Part shown: in pieces, positions 18,607 through 27,660 of the stretch | Position numbering within the stretch: position 1 is the stretch's first letter | How the letters are laid out: each line of letters starts with the position of its first letter | NCBI GenBank assembly: GCA_902384455.1 | Contig: CABMCB010000014.1 | Coordinates: 1-39,694 of the forward strand | DNA: 39,694 bases | Reading direction: 5' to 3' | From: an uncultured archaeon | GTDB lineage: Archaea > Altiarchaeota > Altiarchaeia > IMC4 > SCGC-AAA252-I15 | Notes under the pieces: generated by a model | Told to the model about the DNA's origin: nothing | The model's database searches: none | Seen by the model: the letters and a program-made list of their open reading frames with translations, nothing else | Made by a program: the position numbers and the translations under genes

Positions 18607-18985
18607 CGACGCAACACCCGAGGAGCTGGCGCACGCACTGGAAACGCTTCTGAAGGCGGGCGCATTAGACGCCCACATAATACCCTGCGTAATGAAAAAG
18701 GGGAGGCCCGGATTTCTTTTCAGGGTTCTGACAAAAGACCCGAAAAAGCACGTTCCACTGGTGATGGAGCACACGGGAACATTGGGCGTCAGAATAATAC
18801 CCCTGCTCGATAGGGTGGAAGCTCCCCGCTCAACCAGCAAAATACAGGTGGTCGTCGCCGGAAAAAAACACGGCGTCCGAATAAAGAAGTCGCCGGTGAA
18901 AAACAAAGCGGAATTCGACGATATAGCCCGCATAGCAGACGAACACAAAATGTCAGTCCGCAAAGTGAAAAAGAGCTTAAGATGA
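18572..18985 (+). CDS. larC: LarC C-terminal domain protein (nickel insertion, LarC2-like)
   Basis: LETNVDD..E, GALD..P..MKKGRPG, TGTLGVR, EFDD..IA. Only about 137 aa. Confidence 0.85.
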   Translation: MTNLVILETNVDDATPEELAHALETLLKAGALDAHIIPCVMKKGRPGFLFRVLTKDPKKHVPLVMEHTGTLGVRIIPLLDRVEAPRSTSKIQVVVAGKKHGVRIKKSPVKNKAEFDDIARIADEHKMSVRKVKKSLR

Positions 18986-19911
18986 GCGAACGCCAGGCCC
19001 ACGAAAGAAACCGGCGATGGGCAAACCGCTGGATGAGCCTATACTTCATGCTAGTAAGCAGCCGACCCCTAATTGCCGGGAGGCCGCGCAATACGCCGGA
19101 CGAAAAGTCTGCTCATAAGGCCCTTGCTGAAACTCACGATGAAATAAGGCGGCTTGTTGAGAGTCTGTGGCGGCTTCCGTCGTGCGGCGTCTGTAAAAAT
19201 TGTTGTTTCTTCAACAACGACTATGGCGTGCCGATAGAGACCCAGAACGTATTTCATATCGTCGAGTTCCTCAAGTTCAAAAATCTAAGTCCGGAAGACT
19301 ATTTGGCGTCCAAGAGGTTCTCCGATCTGCCGCTCGTGGAGAAAAAAAGGTTTGACGAAGAAAGAAGAAGCCATTACACGACTGAAACAGACGGCGAAAA
19401 AAGAATGGTCTACTCCCGCCTCAACGACAGATGGAAAGCGTCGGCGCAACAGCTTTCAACGCTCCCGCAAAACCTGGGCAACAAGCATATGTGGCTAAGG
19501 CAAGGAGCCAAAGCATGCGCGTTCCTGACTGAAAAAGGATGCCTCCTCTACCGCAAAGCCAACATATACCCCTACGTATGCCAGCACTACGTCTGCCAAA
19601 CAGGATACGTAAGACGATTGCTCAAAGAGCTCGGCGTACCCGAAGGGCAACCATCCGACGACATACGACTGCACAACGAAGCAGCAGAAATCGCCATCGA
19701 AAAAATATTCGGAAACGAAGAATTCACCACCACATCCGGAAACCTATACGCCGCAGTCGACGCCCTAATTGTCGCATACGTGAACGGCCATACCCTCTCA
19801 ATCCCCCTTGCTCATTACCGCACAGCATTAAGGGAGTATGATGAAGCCAAAAAAAGAATCATAAAAAACCTTGCATATGCTATGCCTTCACTTACCCAAA
19901 ACAAAATCTAA
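18982..19911 (+). CDS. Cys-cluster protein (YkgJ/CxxCxxCC-like metal or Fe-S binding)
   Basis: CGVCKNCC, then CAFL...GCLLY, then PYVCQHYVC. Confidence 0.7.
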   Translation: MSERQAHERNRRWANRWMSLYFMLVSSRPLIAGRPRNTPDEKSAHKALAETHDEIRRLVESLWRLPSCGVCKNCCFFNNDYGVPIETQNVFHIVEFLKFKNLSPEDYLASKRFSDLPLVEKKRFDEERRSHYTTETDGEKRMVYSRLNDRWKASAQQLSTLPQNLGNKHMWLRQGAKACAFLTEKGCLLYRKANIYPYVCQHYVCQTGYVRRLLKELGVPEGQPSDDIRLHNEAAEIAIEKIFGNEEFTTTSGNLYAAVDALIVAYVNGHTLSIPLAHYRTALREYDEAKKRIIKNLAYAMPSLTQNKI

Positions 19912-20774
19912 ACCGCAGTCTTAGACAACGCCGCCATAACCGCATCTCGCATAACGTTTACCGGCGGACTTCTGCTCAGCCAAATCTTCTGGGACGCAGC
20001 CCCCTGCATCACAAACATACCTATCCCGTCTATCGTGCTGCAGCCGGCGCTCTCAGCCTCCCTAAGAAACCTCGTCTTAAGGGGATTGTACACCACGTCC
20101 ATGACCGTAAGGCCTTTCTTGAAATATTCCGCGGGGAACGGCGTTTCACTTATTCTGGGGTGCATTCCCACAGGCGTAGTGTTGACGAGCGCATCGGCGT
20201 TTTTGATTGCGGCCTTCAGCGAGTCTGGGCGGTATTCTGTCGCTTCGACTGTTCCGGTTGCGTTGAGGCTTTTCCGTTTTTCCTCGATTTCCTCAGTGAT
20301 TGCCTGTGCTTTGTGTAGTGTGCGGTTGACTAAAACTATTTTCTCTGCGCCGGATAGGAGCAATTGGAAGAGGACTGCGCGGGCCGCACCTCCTGCGCCG
20401 ACTACGACTATCTTTTTCCCTTTAGGGTTGAATCCTGCGGCATTGAATGCTTCCACGCAGCCTATTCCGTCGGTGTTGTAACCTAAGAGTCTGCCTTTGT
20501 CCTGTTTTATGGTGTTGACTGCGCCTATGAGTCTTGCTTCGGGGCTTATTTCGTCGAGGTATTCCATTACAGAGATTTTATGCGGTATTGTGACGTTGAC
20601 TCCGCTGAATCGGCCTCCGCGTATTTGTTGGATGAATCTTTCCAGGTTTTCCGGGGCCACTTCTACTTTCTCGTATACTGCGTCTTCTTTGAGTTTCTTG
20701 AAGACTGCGTTGTGCATGGCCGGAGATAGGCTGTGTTCTACCGGGTACCCTATGACTGCGAAGTGCAATGTCAT
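19908..20774 (-). CDS. aroE: Shikimate dehydrogenase
   Basis: G.PV.HSLSP.MHN, NVTIPHK, GAVNT, NTDG, GAGGAARA, NTTPVGM, D.VYNP. Confidence 0.96.
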   Translation of the reverse strand: MTLHFAVIGYPVEHSLSPAMHNAVFKKLKEDAVYEKVEVAPENLERFIQQIRGGRFSGVNVTIPHKISVMEYLDEISPEARLIGAVNTIKQDKGRLLGYNTDGIGCVEAFNAAGFNPKGKKIVVVGAGGAARAVLFQLLLSGAEKIVLVNRTLHKAQAITEEIEEKRKSLNATGTVEATEYRPDSLKAAIKNADALVNTTPVGMHPRISETPFPAEYFKKGLTVMDVVYNPLKTRFLREAESAGCSTIDGIGMFVMQGAASQKIWLSRSPPVNVMRDAVMAALSKTAV

Positions 20775-20854
20775 CCCATAACCATACTATTTTGGATATA
20801 AATTAACGCCTAGTTTAATCCGCAGATGCTCACTTTTGTACATAAGGGTTTTAG

Positions 20855-22033
20855 CTAAACTGCCCGAACCATGTACCACAAAGAAATGAACGTTGCTGCA
20901 GTGCTTCCTATGTTGATGAAAACTACCACGAGGAAGAGGCGTGTGACCCGGTTCTCGACGTAATCCCTGTAGCTGTTGAGTTTCATTAGTCCCGTGAAAT
21001 CCTTCACCCTCGGCTTCCTAAGTTTCATCTCGACTGCACCCGCAATCCAGCCGGAAGGCACTGCGGCAAGTCTAAGGGACGTGAACGGCGCAACCAAGAA
21101 CGCGGTCAAAATTGTCAGGGGGTGCGCTAAAGCAAGCGCTGCGCCGAGCGCCGCCAGTACCCCATGAATAATGAACCATACGCCGAAGGCATGGGCTGAT
21201 GCTTCAAACCCTCTGTTCAGAAACATCCAACCGAGGATGAAAAACACCAGGAACGGAATGCTGTATCCCACATACTTGAGCATGCTCCTTTTTGACTCCG
21301 TCTTATCCAGCGTCTTTATCAGCCTCTGCCTGTCAGCTTCGCCAAAAGACATCTCTCTAAGATTTTTCACGATGCCTTTGCTGTGGCCTGCGCCAATCAC
21401 CGTCACTATGCGCTTATACGGCGACTCCAAAAGCTTTGCGGCTATGTACTGGTCGCGTTCATCAACCAAAACCCGCTTAACCGAAGGCGCCTCCCTCGAA
21501 AGCTCGTCCATAAGCTCCGTAAGCGCGTCGCCTTCCTTCAGCTTCTCCACGAGTTCAGTATCTATTTCCTCCCCCTCAGCTACGCCCTCAATAAGCCCAA
21601 AAACAATCTTCCCCTTCTCCCACAAAGACATGGCCGAAGAAGCCCGTTTGAGAGTTACCCGCAGGTCGCGGTCGGCAAGTATAAGCGGGATTTTACATTC
21701 TTTGGCCGCCTGTATGGCTCCCAGCATTTCCGAGCCGGGTTTTACTCCGACTTGCTCTCCTATGCGCCTCTGGAAGTTGGCCATGACAATCTGCACGAGA
21801 AACAAAGCTCCTCTGCCTCCCTTGTACACGTCTATTATGTCGCGTTCCTCCCATTTTTTGCCTTCCATCAAAGCGGTGAAACGCTGGTCACAAAGCTCCA
21901 CAGCCACGGCGTCAGGGTTCACTTCCTCAATCACCTCCTTGACTGAGTCGACGCTTTTCTGGCTAACATGCGCAGTGCCCACAAGCCAAATCTCCTTCCC
22001 CCCGACAGATACGTGAACAGTGTCCTTCTGCAT
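20855..22033 (-). CDS. TraB/PrgY (pheromone shutdown) family membrane protein
   Basis: LVGTAHVS, VAVELC..R, PGSEM, DR....T, ERD, V.GAGH and C-terminal TMs. Confidence 0.9.
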   Translation of the reverse strand: MQKDTVHVSVGGKEIWLVGTAHVSQKSVDSVKEVIEEVNPDAVAVELCDQRFTALMEGKKWEERDIIDVYKGGRGALFLVQIVMANFQRRIGEQVGVKPGSEMLGAIQAAKECKIPLILADRDLRVTLKRASSAMSLWEKGKIVFGLIEGVAEGEEIDTELVEKLKEGDALTELMDELSREAPSVKRVLVDERDQYIAAKLLESPYKRIVTVIGAGHSKGIVKNLREMSFGEADRQRLIKTLDKTESKRSMLKYVGYSIPFLVFFILGWMFLNRGFEASAHAFGVWFIIHGVLAALGAALALAHPLTILTAFLVAPFTSLRLAAVPSGWIAGAVEMKLRKPRVKDFTGLMKLNSYRDYVENRVTRLFLVVVFINIGSTAATFISLWYMVRAV

Positions 22034-22037
22034 TATC

Positions 22038-23147
22038 CTAAAGCTCCTTAATTATAGTGAGAACATCGCTGTCAGCGAGCATATGCTCAAAACCCTTCCG
22101 CTGGCCGGGATGCTTCGCCGACTTACCCCAAACTTGGGCGTACTTAAACTTCTTGCGGAAGTCCTTATGAAGACGGTCACAAACATCCCCTATGGTGCTT
22201 CCCCTCCTAATAATCAACGGCTCATTATAATCCGCCTCACCGCCCTGAGGCCGCATGTAAATCCTTATGACGTCAAGGCGCTCGTAAATCATCTTCTTGA
22301 GGTAATCAAGGTTCTTCTCGGCTTCGGCCGAAACCGCCACCACCGCTCCACCTCCCAATGCCTTCGCCTTCTTCACTGCGGCCTCAGCTTCAGCGGGGCT
22401 TACGAGATCCGCTTTAGTGAGTACTGTCAAGGAAGGCATGAATGAGCGGTTGCCCATTATTCCGTCTATCAGCCTGTCGTCGGTCATGTCCTCATGGAAC
22501 ACTACGTCCGCGTTGTGCACTCCGTAGACGTTGAGTATTTCCCTCACAGTCTCGTCGTTAAGGCGGGTAAGAGGAACAGTGGAAGTCACTTCAACCCCCC
22601 CTCGCATCTTCTTGTACAAACTCATCTTAGGCGGAGAAACATCCAACCGGATTCCCGCGTTATACACCTCCTTCTTCAATGGCACAACATGCTCGGGACG
22701 GCGGACGTCCACGTTAATCAAAGCCAAATCAGCGTTACGAGCAATGGAAAGAACCTCGCGGCCCCTCCCCTTACCCCCAGACGCGCCTGAAATTATTCCC
22801 GGCAAATCAAGAAGCTGAATTTTCACTCCCTCATACTCCATCATCCCGGGAATAACGGTGACAGTCGTAAACTCATAAGCCGCCACGGCAGACTCCGCAT
22901 TGGTTAAACTGTTCAAAAGAGTGCTTTTACCCACAGAAGGATAACCAACCAAAACAACAGTCGCATCCCCCGTCTTGCGGACACCGAAACCGTAACCTTT
23001 GCCTTTGCCGCCGGCTGATTCTGCGGCCTCCCTCAGTTGGGCGATTTTGGCTTTTAGTTTCCCTATGTGGTGTTGAGTCGCTTTGTTGTAGGGGGTCTTT
23101 TGTATTTCCTCCTCTATTTCTTTTATGCGGTCGTCTCGGGAAACCAT
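22038..23147 (-). CDS. DRG/Rbg OBG-family GTPase with TGS domain
   Basis: TPYNKATQHHIG.LKAK, GYPSVGKST, YEFTT, DLPG, VWGKSAKHPGQR.G..H.L.D.D. Confidence 0.95.
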   Translation of the reverse strand: MVSRDDRIKEIEEEIQKTPYNKATQHHIGKLKAKIAQLREAAESAGGKGKGYGFGVRKTGDATVVLVGYPSVGKSTLLNSLTNAESAVAAYEFTTVTVIPGMMEYEGVKIQLLDLPGIISGASGGKGRGREVLSIARNADLALINVDVRRPEHVVPLKKEVYNAGIRLDVSPPKMSLYKKMRGGVEVTSTVPLTRLNDETVREILNVYGVHNADVVFHEDMTDDRLIDGIMGNRSFMPSLTVLTKADLVSPAEAEAAVKKAKALGGGAVVAVSAEAEKNLDYLKKMIYERLDVIRIYMRPQGGEADYNEPLIIRRGSTIGDVCDRLHKDFRKKFKYAQVWGKSAKHPGQRKGFEHMLADSDVLTIIKEL

Positions 23148-23180
23148 CTTAAGGATTACCGCGAAAAAGGATTTATAGTG

Positions 23181-24266
23181 ATGCGCCAGAGCCCAGTTGA
23201 CCTAATTCCTCGCTTAAGGTGGACGACGGTGGCAGCTCTGGCTCTTTCCGGGGGCGTGCTTTACGGGGTATTGAACGGATATCGCCTCCAAGGATATGCC
23301 ACAGCGCTGCCGCTGCTTCTTGCCGTTCAAATACTCTTGAACGACTTTCTGGAACTTTACGTCCTTTCTAAGGCGGGATACAATACGCGGTGGTTCACTT
23401 TACTTATGGCCCCCGGCACGATACTCCACGAACTGTCTCACCTGCTTACCGCGCTTTTTACCGGCTGCTACGTGACCCAAGCCCGCCTGTTTCAGCCGAA
23501 CCCCAAAACCGGCGTGTTAGGGTACGTCTCATACAGCCAGCCGGAAGACAAATGGGCGGTGCTTAGAGACTTCGCAGTCGGACTGTCGCCGTTCTTCGTC
23601 TGCGGCGTGGCTTTCCTTCTTATCACATTAATCCACCAGCCGGATGCGACGCTGCGCTTCCTAAACCCTAACACAGTAGAATCCGGAAACCCAACGGCAC
23701 TAATCACAACCGCAATAACATTCTTCAACAAAATAACATCATCACTAACCGCCGCAGACATAAAAAACCCCCTTATATGGGCCGCCCTCTACCTAGAATT
23801 CTGCTTCGCACTAGGTTCCGCCCCCTCATCAGAAGACCTTAAACTATCCGCGCAATCATTCAAAGCACACATACTATCCACAATATTCCTCCTGATCCTA
23901 GCATGGGCGACAATAAGCCTAACCCAAAACCCACAAAACCTCGGGAAAATAGGGCCGCCAATAGTCTCCGGACTATTCATATTCCTCGGATACGCCCTCA
24001 TAATACTAATAGTGTCAATAGGATTCCACCTGATAGCAATAACCCTCTCCCTAATCGGAGGATGGATATTCTCAATACCCCTGCCAATGAACCTAATACC
24101 CCCACTGATTGCGGCCGCAACATACGTTCAGCTGCCTAAAATAAGCCGCGACGCCCCCCCAGCAGTAACAGCGATTACAGTGCTGTTTTTGACCGCATTC
24201 CTAATCAAAAACCCAGACTTGTTCCTCAAACCCGGCAAAAGCAAAAAGAAGAAAACGCCCAACTAA
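23181..24266 (+). CDS. Multi-pass membrane zinc metalloprotease-like protein (M50-like HExxH)
   Basis: APGTILHELSH, LGYV, P..APS..D and many TMs. Start placed at ATG 23181 to avoid overlap with the DRG gene. Confidence 0.72.
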   Translation: MRQSPVDLIPRLRWTTVAALALSGGVLYGVLNGYRLQGYATALPLLLAVQILLNDFLELYVLSKAGYNTRWFTLLMAPGTILHELSHLLTALFTGCYVTQARLFQPNPKTGVLGYVSYSQPEDKWAVLRDFAVGLSPFFVCGVAFLLITLIHQPDATLRFLNPNTVESGNPTALITTAITFFNKITSSLTAADIKNPLIWAALYLEFCFALGSAPSSEDLKLSAQSFKAHILSTIFLLILAWATISLTQNPQNLGKIGPPIVSGLFIFLGYALIILIVSIGFHLIAITLSLIGGWIFSIPLPMNLIPPLIAAATYVQLPKISRDAPPAVTAITVLFLTAFLIKNPDLFLKPGKSKKKKTPN

Positions 24267-25081
24267 ATAACTCGCCCGCTTCCATGCGGAAGCACCCTCT
24301 GGATTGAATCAATCGGGCAGGCCTTAATTATCGGGCCGGCTTCGGGCCCCGCCTTCCTCAACACATTCTCCCTCACTTTCTCGGCAAGGCTCTTAGACTG
24401 CAAGTCCCCCACGCTAACGACAGCATAATACGGAGTCATCTTGGCCACTGCAGACTCAGGCCCTCCCACGACATCGCAGCCGTCCTCTCCAACAACAAAA
24501 CCGACCGCCGCCTTAAGGGCGACACTCCTGAAATAATTCTTCTGCCCGCGAATCATGAAAGAACCCTTAGTCAAATACTGGCCCGCAGGCGCCTCCTTAC
24601 TGACCTGCTCAGGATTAACCCAATAAACGTCCGTCGCGCCCAATCCGCCAGCCCAAGCGCGGCTAAACGAAGCGGCCTCTTGCGCGGCTTCATTAAGAGT
24701 CGCTTCGGGAATCTCTCCTTTTTGCTCGTTCTTGATTACCACGAATGGCGCGCCTGCGGTGTCGGCGTGGAAAACCACATCGTGCGGTTCAACGTGGCGT
24801 TTAACAAGTACTTCGTTGCTTGTTGCATCGCGTCCGCCAACAACCAGAAGTCCGTCCGAGCTTGTGAACCACCTGAAGCGGTGGTACCACTTCTTAGGCA
24901 CCTGCCTCCAGACTTGCTTGCCGCTTCTGACGACCTCCTTCTGCGCGTCCTCTAACTTGCGCTCAGTCTCCTCAATCGCCTCCTTAATACCAGGAACCTT
25001 GTCCTTGGCCTTCTTGCCCTTCTGGTAAAACGCGTCCGCGTTCTCAGGCAAACTCTTGCGCAAGTCTAATACGGCCTCCAC
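24263..25081 (-). CDS. Stand-alone NFACT-R (DUF814) protein, equivalent to the C-terminal half of Rqc2/NEMF
   Basis: NA..FY..KK, WY.RFRWF..S...GGRDA..NE..VK, FHAD..GAP, SRAW, QVSK.AP.G.YL.KGSFMIRG. Confidence 0.88.
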   Translation of the reverse strand: MEAVLDLRKSLPENADAFYQKGKKAKDKVPGIKEAIEETERKLEDAQKEVVRSGKQVWRQVPKKWYHRFRWFTSSDGLLVVGGRDATSNEVLVKRHVEPHDVVFHADTAGAPFVVIKNEQKGEIPEATLNEAAQEAASFSRAWAGGLGATDVYWVNPEQVSKEAPAGQYLTKGSFMIRGQKNYFRSVALKAAVGFVVGEDGCDVVGGPESAVAKMTPYYAVVSVGDLQSKSLAEKVRENVLRKAGPEAGPIIKACPIDSIQRVLPHGSGRVI

Positions 25082-25115
25082 ACACCCTTATTAGAATATC
25101 CCCCAATAAGTAAAC

Positions 25116-25400
25116 GTGGCGCGTAAAAACCCGTACATTGCCGCACTCCTGTCTTTTTTCATATCCGGCTTAGGTCAGTTCTACGTGGGCGACGTAATGA
25201 AAGGCCTGGTTTTCATTATTTTCGAGTTCATGACCGCCTTCATACTTGTGAACGTCAACTACACTGCGGGCGGAATACTAAATCTGTTCGTGGGCGTCTG
25301 GAGCATATTCGACGCGTACCGCAGCGCCCAAAGAAAGAACCTGAATGAGGCGCCTAAAACACAGGTTCATCCGACCGCGCCAAAACTAAAAGTCTACTGA
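25116..25400 (+). CDS. Small membrane protein (TM2-like)
   Basis: KNP..AALLSFFI.GLGQFY.G...KG and W.I.DAY motifs. Confidence 0.78.
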   Translation: MARKNPYIAALLSFFISGLGQFYVGDVMKGLVFIIFEFMTAFILVNVNYTAGGILNLFVGVWSIFDAYRSAQRKNLNEAPKTQVHPTAPKLKVY

Positions 25401-25410
25401 ACGCCAAGTC

Positions 25411-26277
25411 TTATTCCGCTGCCTTCTCGTCCGTCTTCTTCTCCCAGACTTCCGGAGGGAGGCTTGCAAACAATGCTTTTGCGTGGGCGTTGGCTTGCGA
25501 GATGAAGACGTCGACTGTCTGTTTGTTGACGATTTCTGCGTTGATTGCGAGGTTTCTGGCGTTCTTGGATGCTTCAGTGATGAAGTATTCGATCGTCTTG
25601 CTGTTTACGATGCCTGCGTTAACCGCAAGGTTGAATGCGTTTCTGCTTGCGTCTGCGAGTTTGGCTATAGTTGTTTCGGCATCAACATGAAGTACGTCGC
25701 TTGTGTACACGAGCTGGCCGTCGTATGCGGCGTTGAGCTTTAATGCGATTGTTACGGGTTCTATCCCGAGTCTTGCGAGCACTGTGGCAAGCTGCGGGGA
25801 AATTGGTTCGCCTTGTTTTACGACTGGAGAATCCTCTTTTACGACAATCTTTCCAGCCTCTATTTTTGCTTTAATTCCCACCGTCTGGAGTTCTCCGATT
25901 ATGGGTCCGGCGGGGAAGGGTGTGTCGCCTTTTGGTATGACGATGTCGAAGGGAGCTAGGCTTCCGGCTTTTGCCGGGGCGGCCACTTCGCATTGCTTAA
26001 GGCGTTTTTCGAGTTTGAAGGGGTCGAGGTTTGTTAGAATCAGTCCGCTTGAGCCTGATACGTGGTCTCCTAAACTGCCTACTTTGGCGTCGTGTAGTGC
26101 GCGGCTGATGATGTTTTTGCGTGCCACCCGGATTTCGACGTCTTTCCCCAGCGTGCGGCGCATAGACTGGAATTGTTTGCTTGGCACGCCCTCTATGTTG
26201 ACGACACCAACTACCTTCGCCGCCTTAATCTTGGAGACGAGGTGCTTCAGTTCCTTGGTTTTCCAGTCGGCTACCAT
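25411..26277 (-). CDS. rpl10: Ribosomal protein uL10 (archaeal P0)
   Basis: VADWK, PAKAG..AP.DIVIP.G.T...GP, LGI.P and three C-terminal helical repeats. Confidence 0.95.
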   Translation of the reverse strand: MVADWKTKELKHLVSKIKAAKVVGVVNIEGVPSKQFQSMRRTLGKDVEIRVARKNIISRALHDAKVGSLGDHVSGSSGLILTNLDPFKLEKRLKQCEVAAPAKAGSLAPFDIVIPKGDTPFPAGPIIGELQTVGIKAKIEAGKIVVKEDSPVVKQGEPISPQLATVLARLGIEPVTIALKLNAAYDGQLVYTSDVLHVDAETTIAKLADASRNAFNLAVNAGIVNSKTIEYFITEASKNARNLAINAEIVNKQTVDVFISQANAHAKALFASLPPEVWEKKTDEKAAE

Positions 26278-26281
26278 TTAT

Positions 26282-26914
26282 TCACCTGATTTTTACGGGC
26301 TTGCCCATCGTGGTCTTCACGAACAGGCTTCGTATGTTCTCGTCGGGAATCTGACGTTCGATGTTAGAGTATACTGCTAGAAGGTTTTCCGCCAAGTCAT
26401 CCGGCGTCATCGCGCGGGTTCCTATGGGGACGTTTATGTTGGGGGCTTTCTTCGATTTCACCCGTACGCTGTTCTTGAATCGCTCGAATACGGCGTTCAG
26501 GTCTGCGTTGGGTGGAACTGGTTGCGGCATTTTTCCGCGTGAACCGAGCACAACACCCCAGTTTTTACCTACAATCGCCATTAGTTCGGGTTGAGCGAGG
26601 AAAGTGTAGCATTCAGACGCGTATTTTCTCATTTTCCGTCTGTCGCCGGCGTAAGATTGAGTTTCGTTTTTGTCAAGCACGTGCGTGCTGAGCTTCTTCG
26701 CCTTCACGTTCATGTCGCCGTCAGCAAACACTCCTATTTCAATGCCTTTGCCTCGACCTTTAGGCAGCAGGATGTTGACGTTAAGCCGGTGTTCGCTGCT
26801 TTCCATATCAACGTCCTTGAAGTTGAAGCAGGCGTCAACGCTCTCGGTGAACTTCCTGTCAGGCGAAGCGTCGATAGCTTCCTTTATTTTGGCGGCGATT
26901 TCTTTCTTATCCAT
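26282..26914 (-). CDS. rpl1: Ribosomal protein uL1
   Basis: RKFTESVD, LP.GRG, LG.RGKMP, EN, KTTMG. Confidence 0.96.
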   Translation of the reverse strand: MDKKEIAAKIKEAIDASPDRKFTESVDACFNFKDVDMESSEHRLNVNILLPKGRGKGIEIGVFADGDMNVKAKKLSTHVLDKNETQSYAGDRRKMRKYASECYTFLAQPELMAIVGKNWGVVLGSRGKMPQPVPPNADLNAVFERFKNSVRVKSKKAPNINVPIGTRAMTPDDLAENLLAVYSNIERQIPDENIRSLFVKTTMGKPVKIR

Positions 26915-26921
26915 TCAATAG

Positions 26922-26955
26922 CCCTCCTACAGCGAAAGAGCTGTAGTGCAACGGG
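26922..26955 (-). promoter_or_regulatory. Putative uL1-binding autoregulatory leader overlapping the rpl1 SD
   Basis: mRNA CCC GUUGCAC UACAGC..GCUGUA GGA GGG: two helices flanking an asymmetric GGA / G-N4-AC loop. GGAGG SD 8 nt before the ATG. TATA-like TTTTAAA near 26979-26986. Confidence 0.75.
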
Positions 26956-27064
26956 TTTTGATATATACAACATCCCCCTTTAAAAAGCATTAGACCGCAT
27001 TATTTGGCCCGCTGAAAACCCCGCGCAAAGGGCGCTTATATTTTGCCGTTGCGAATACGCAACC

Positions 27065-27655
27065 ATGATTGAAGTCATAGGATTCCTCGGAATGATTCTC
27101 GTGGGACTCGTAATAGTCGCGCTACTGGCGTCTTTGCTGCTCTATAACACGCTGGTTTCCAAGAAAAACCAGGTGGAAAGCTCATTCTCAAGCATAGACG
27201 TGCTGCTGAAGAAAAGATACGACCTCATACCAAACCTCATCGCCACCGTAAAGGCGTACATGAAACACGAAGCCGACACCCTCACAAACATAACTGAGCT
27301 TAGGGCGAAGGCGATTTCAGGGAAGCTAACCGACAACGAGAAGATTGAGGTCAACAACAAGCTTTCCGGATTCATGCGCAGCATATTCGTCGCCGTAGAA
27401 AACTACCCGAACCTCAAGGCGAATGAAAACTTCCTGCAGCTTCAGGCGTCATTCAACGAAGTCGAAGAGCAGATTTCGGCGGCAAGACGAGCATACAACG
27501 CCGCGGTCTTGGACTACAACAACGCCGTGATGATGTTCCCCACGAATGTTCTCGCATCAATCCTAAATTACCAGAAGAAACCGTTTTTCGAGGTGCCTGA
27601 GGAAGAGCGGCAACGCATCGACGCCGCCAAACTATTCGGCCAGACCGGCAAGTAA
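27065..27655 (+). CDS. lemA: LemA family protein
   Basis: TM, YN.L...N, IDV.LK.R.DLIPNL, ENYP.LKA, RR.YN..V..YN, FP. Confidence 0.95.
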   Translation: MIEVIGFLGMILVGLVIVALLASLLLYNTLVSKKNQVESSFSSIDVLLKKRYDLIPNLIATVKAYMKHEADTLTNITELRAKAISGKLTDNEKIEVNNKLSGFMRSIFVAVENYPNLKANENFLQLQASFNEVEEQISAARRAYNAAVLDYNNAVMMFPTNVLASILNYQKKPFFEVPEEERQRIDAAKLFGQTGK

Positions 27656-27660
27656 AGCCG

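Noticed and set aside
21171-22016. Long antisense ORFs (also 1983-2600, 4037-4756, 25703-26380, 29996-30739)
   Set aside because: They are shadows of well-conserved genes on the opposite strand and have no motifs of their own.
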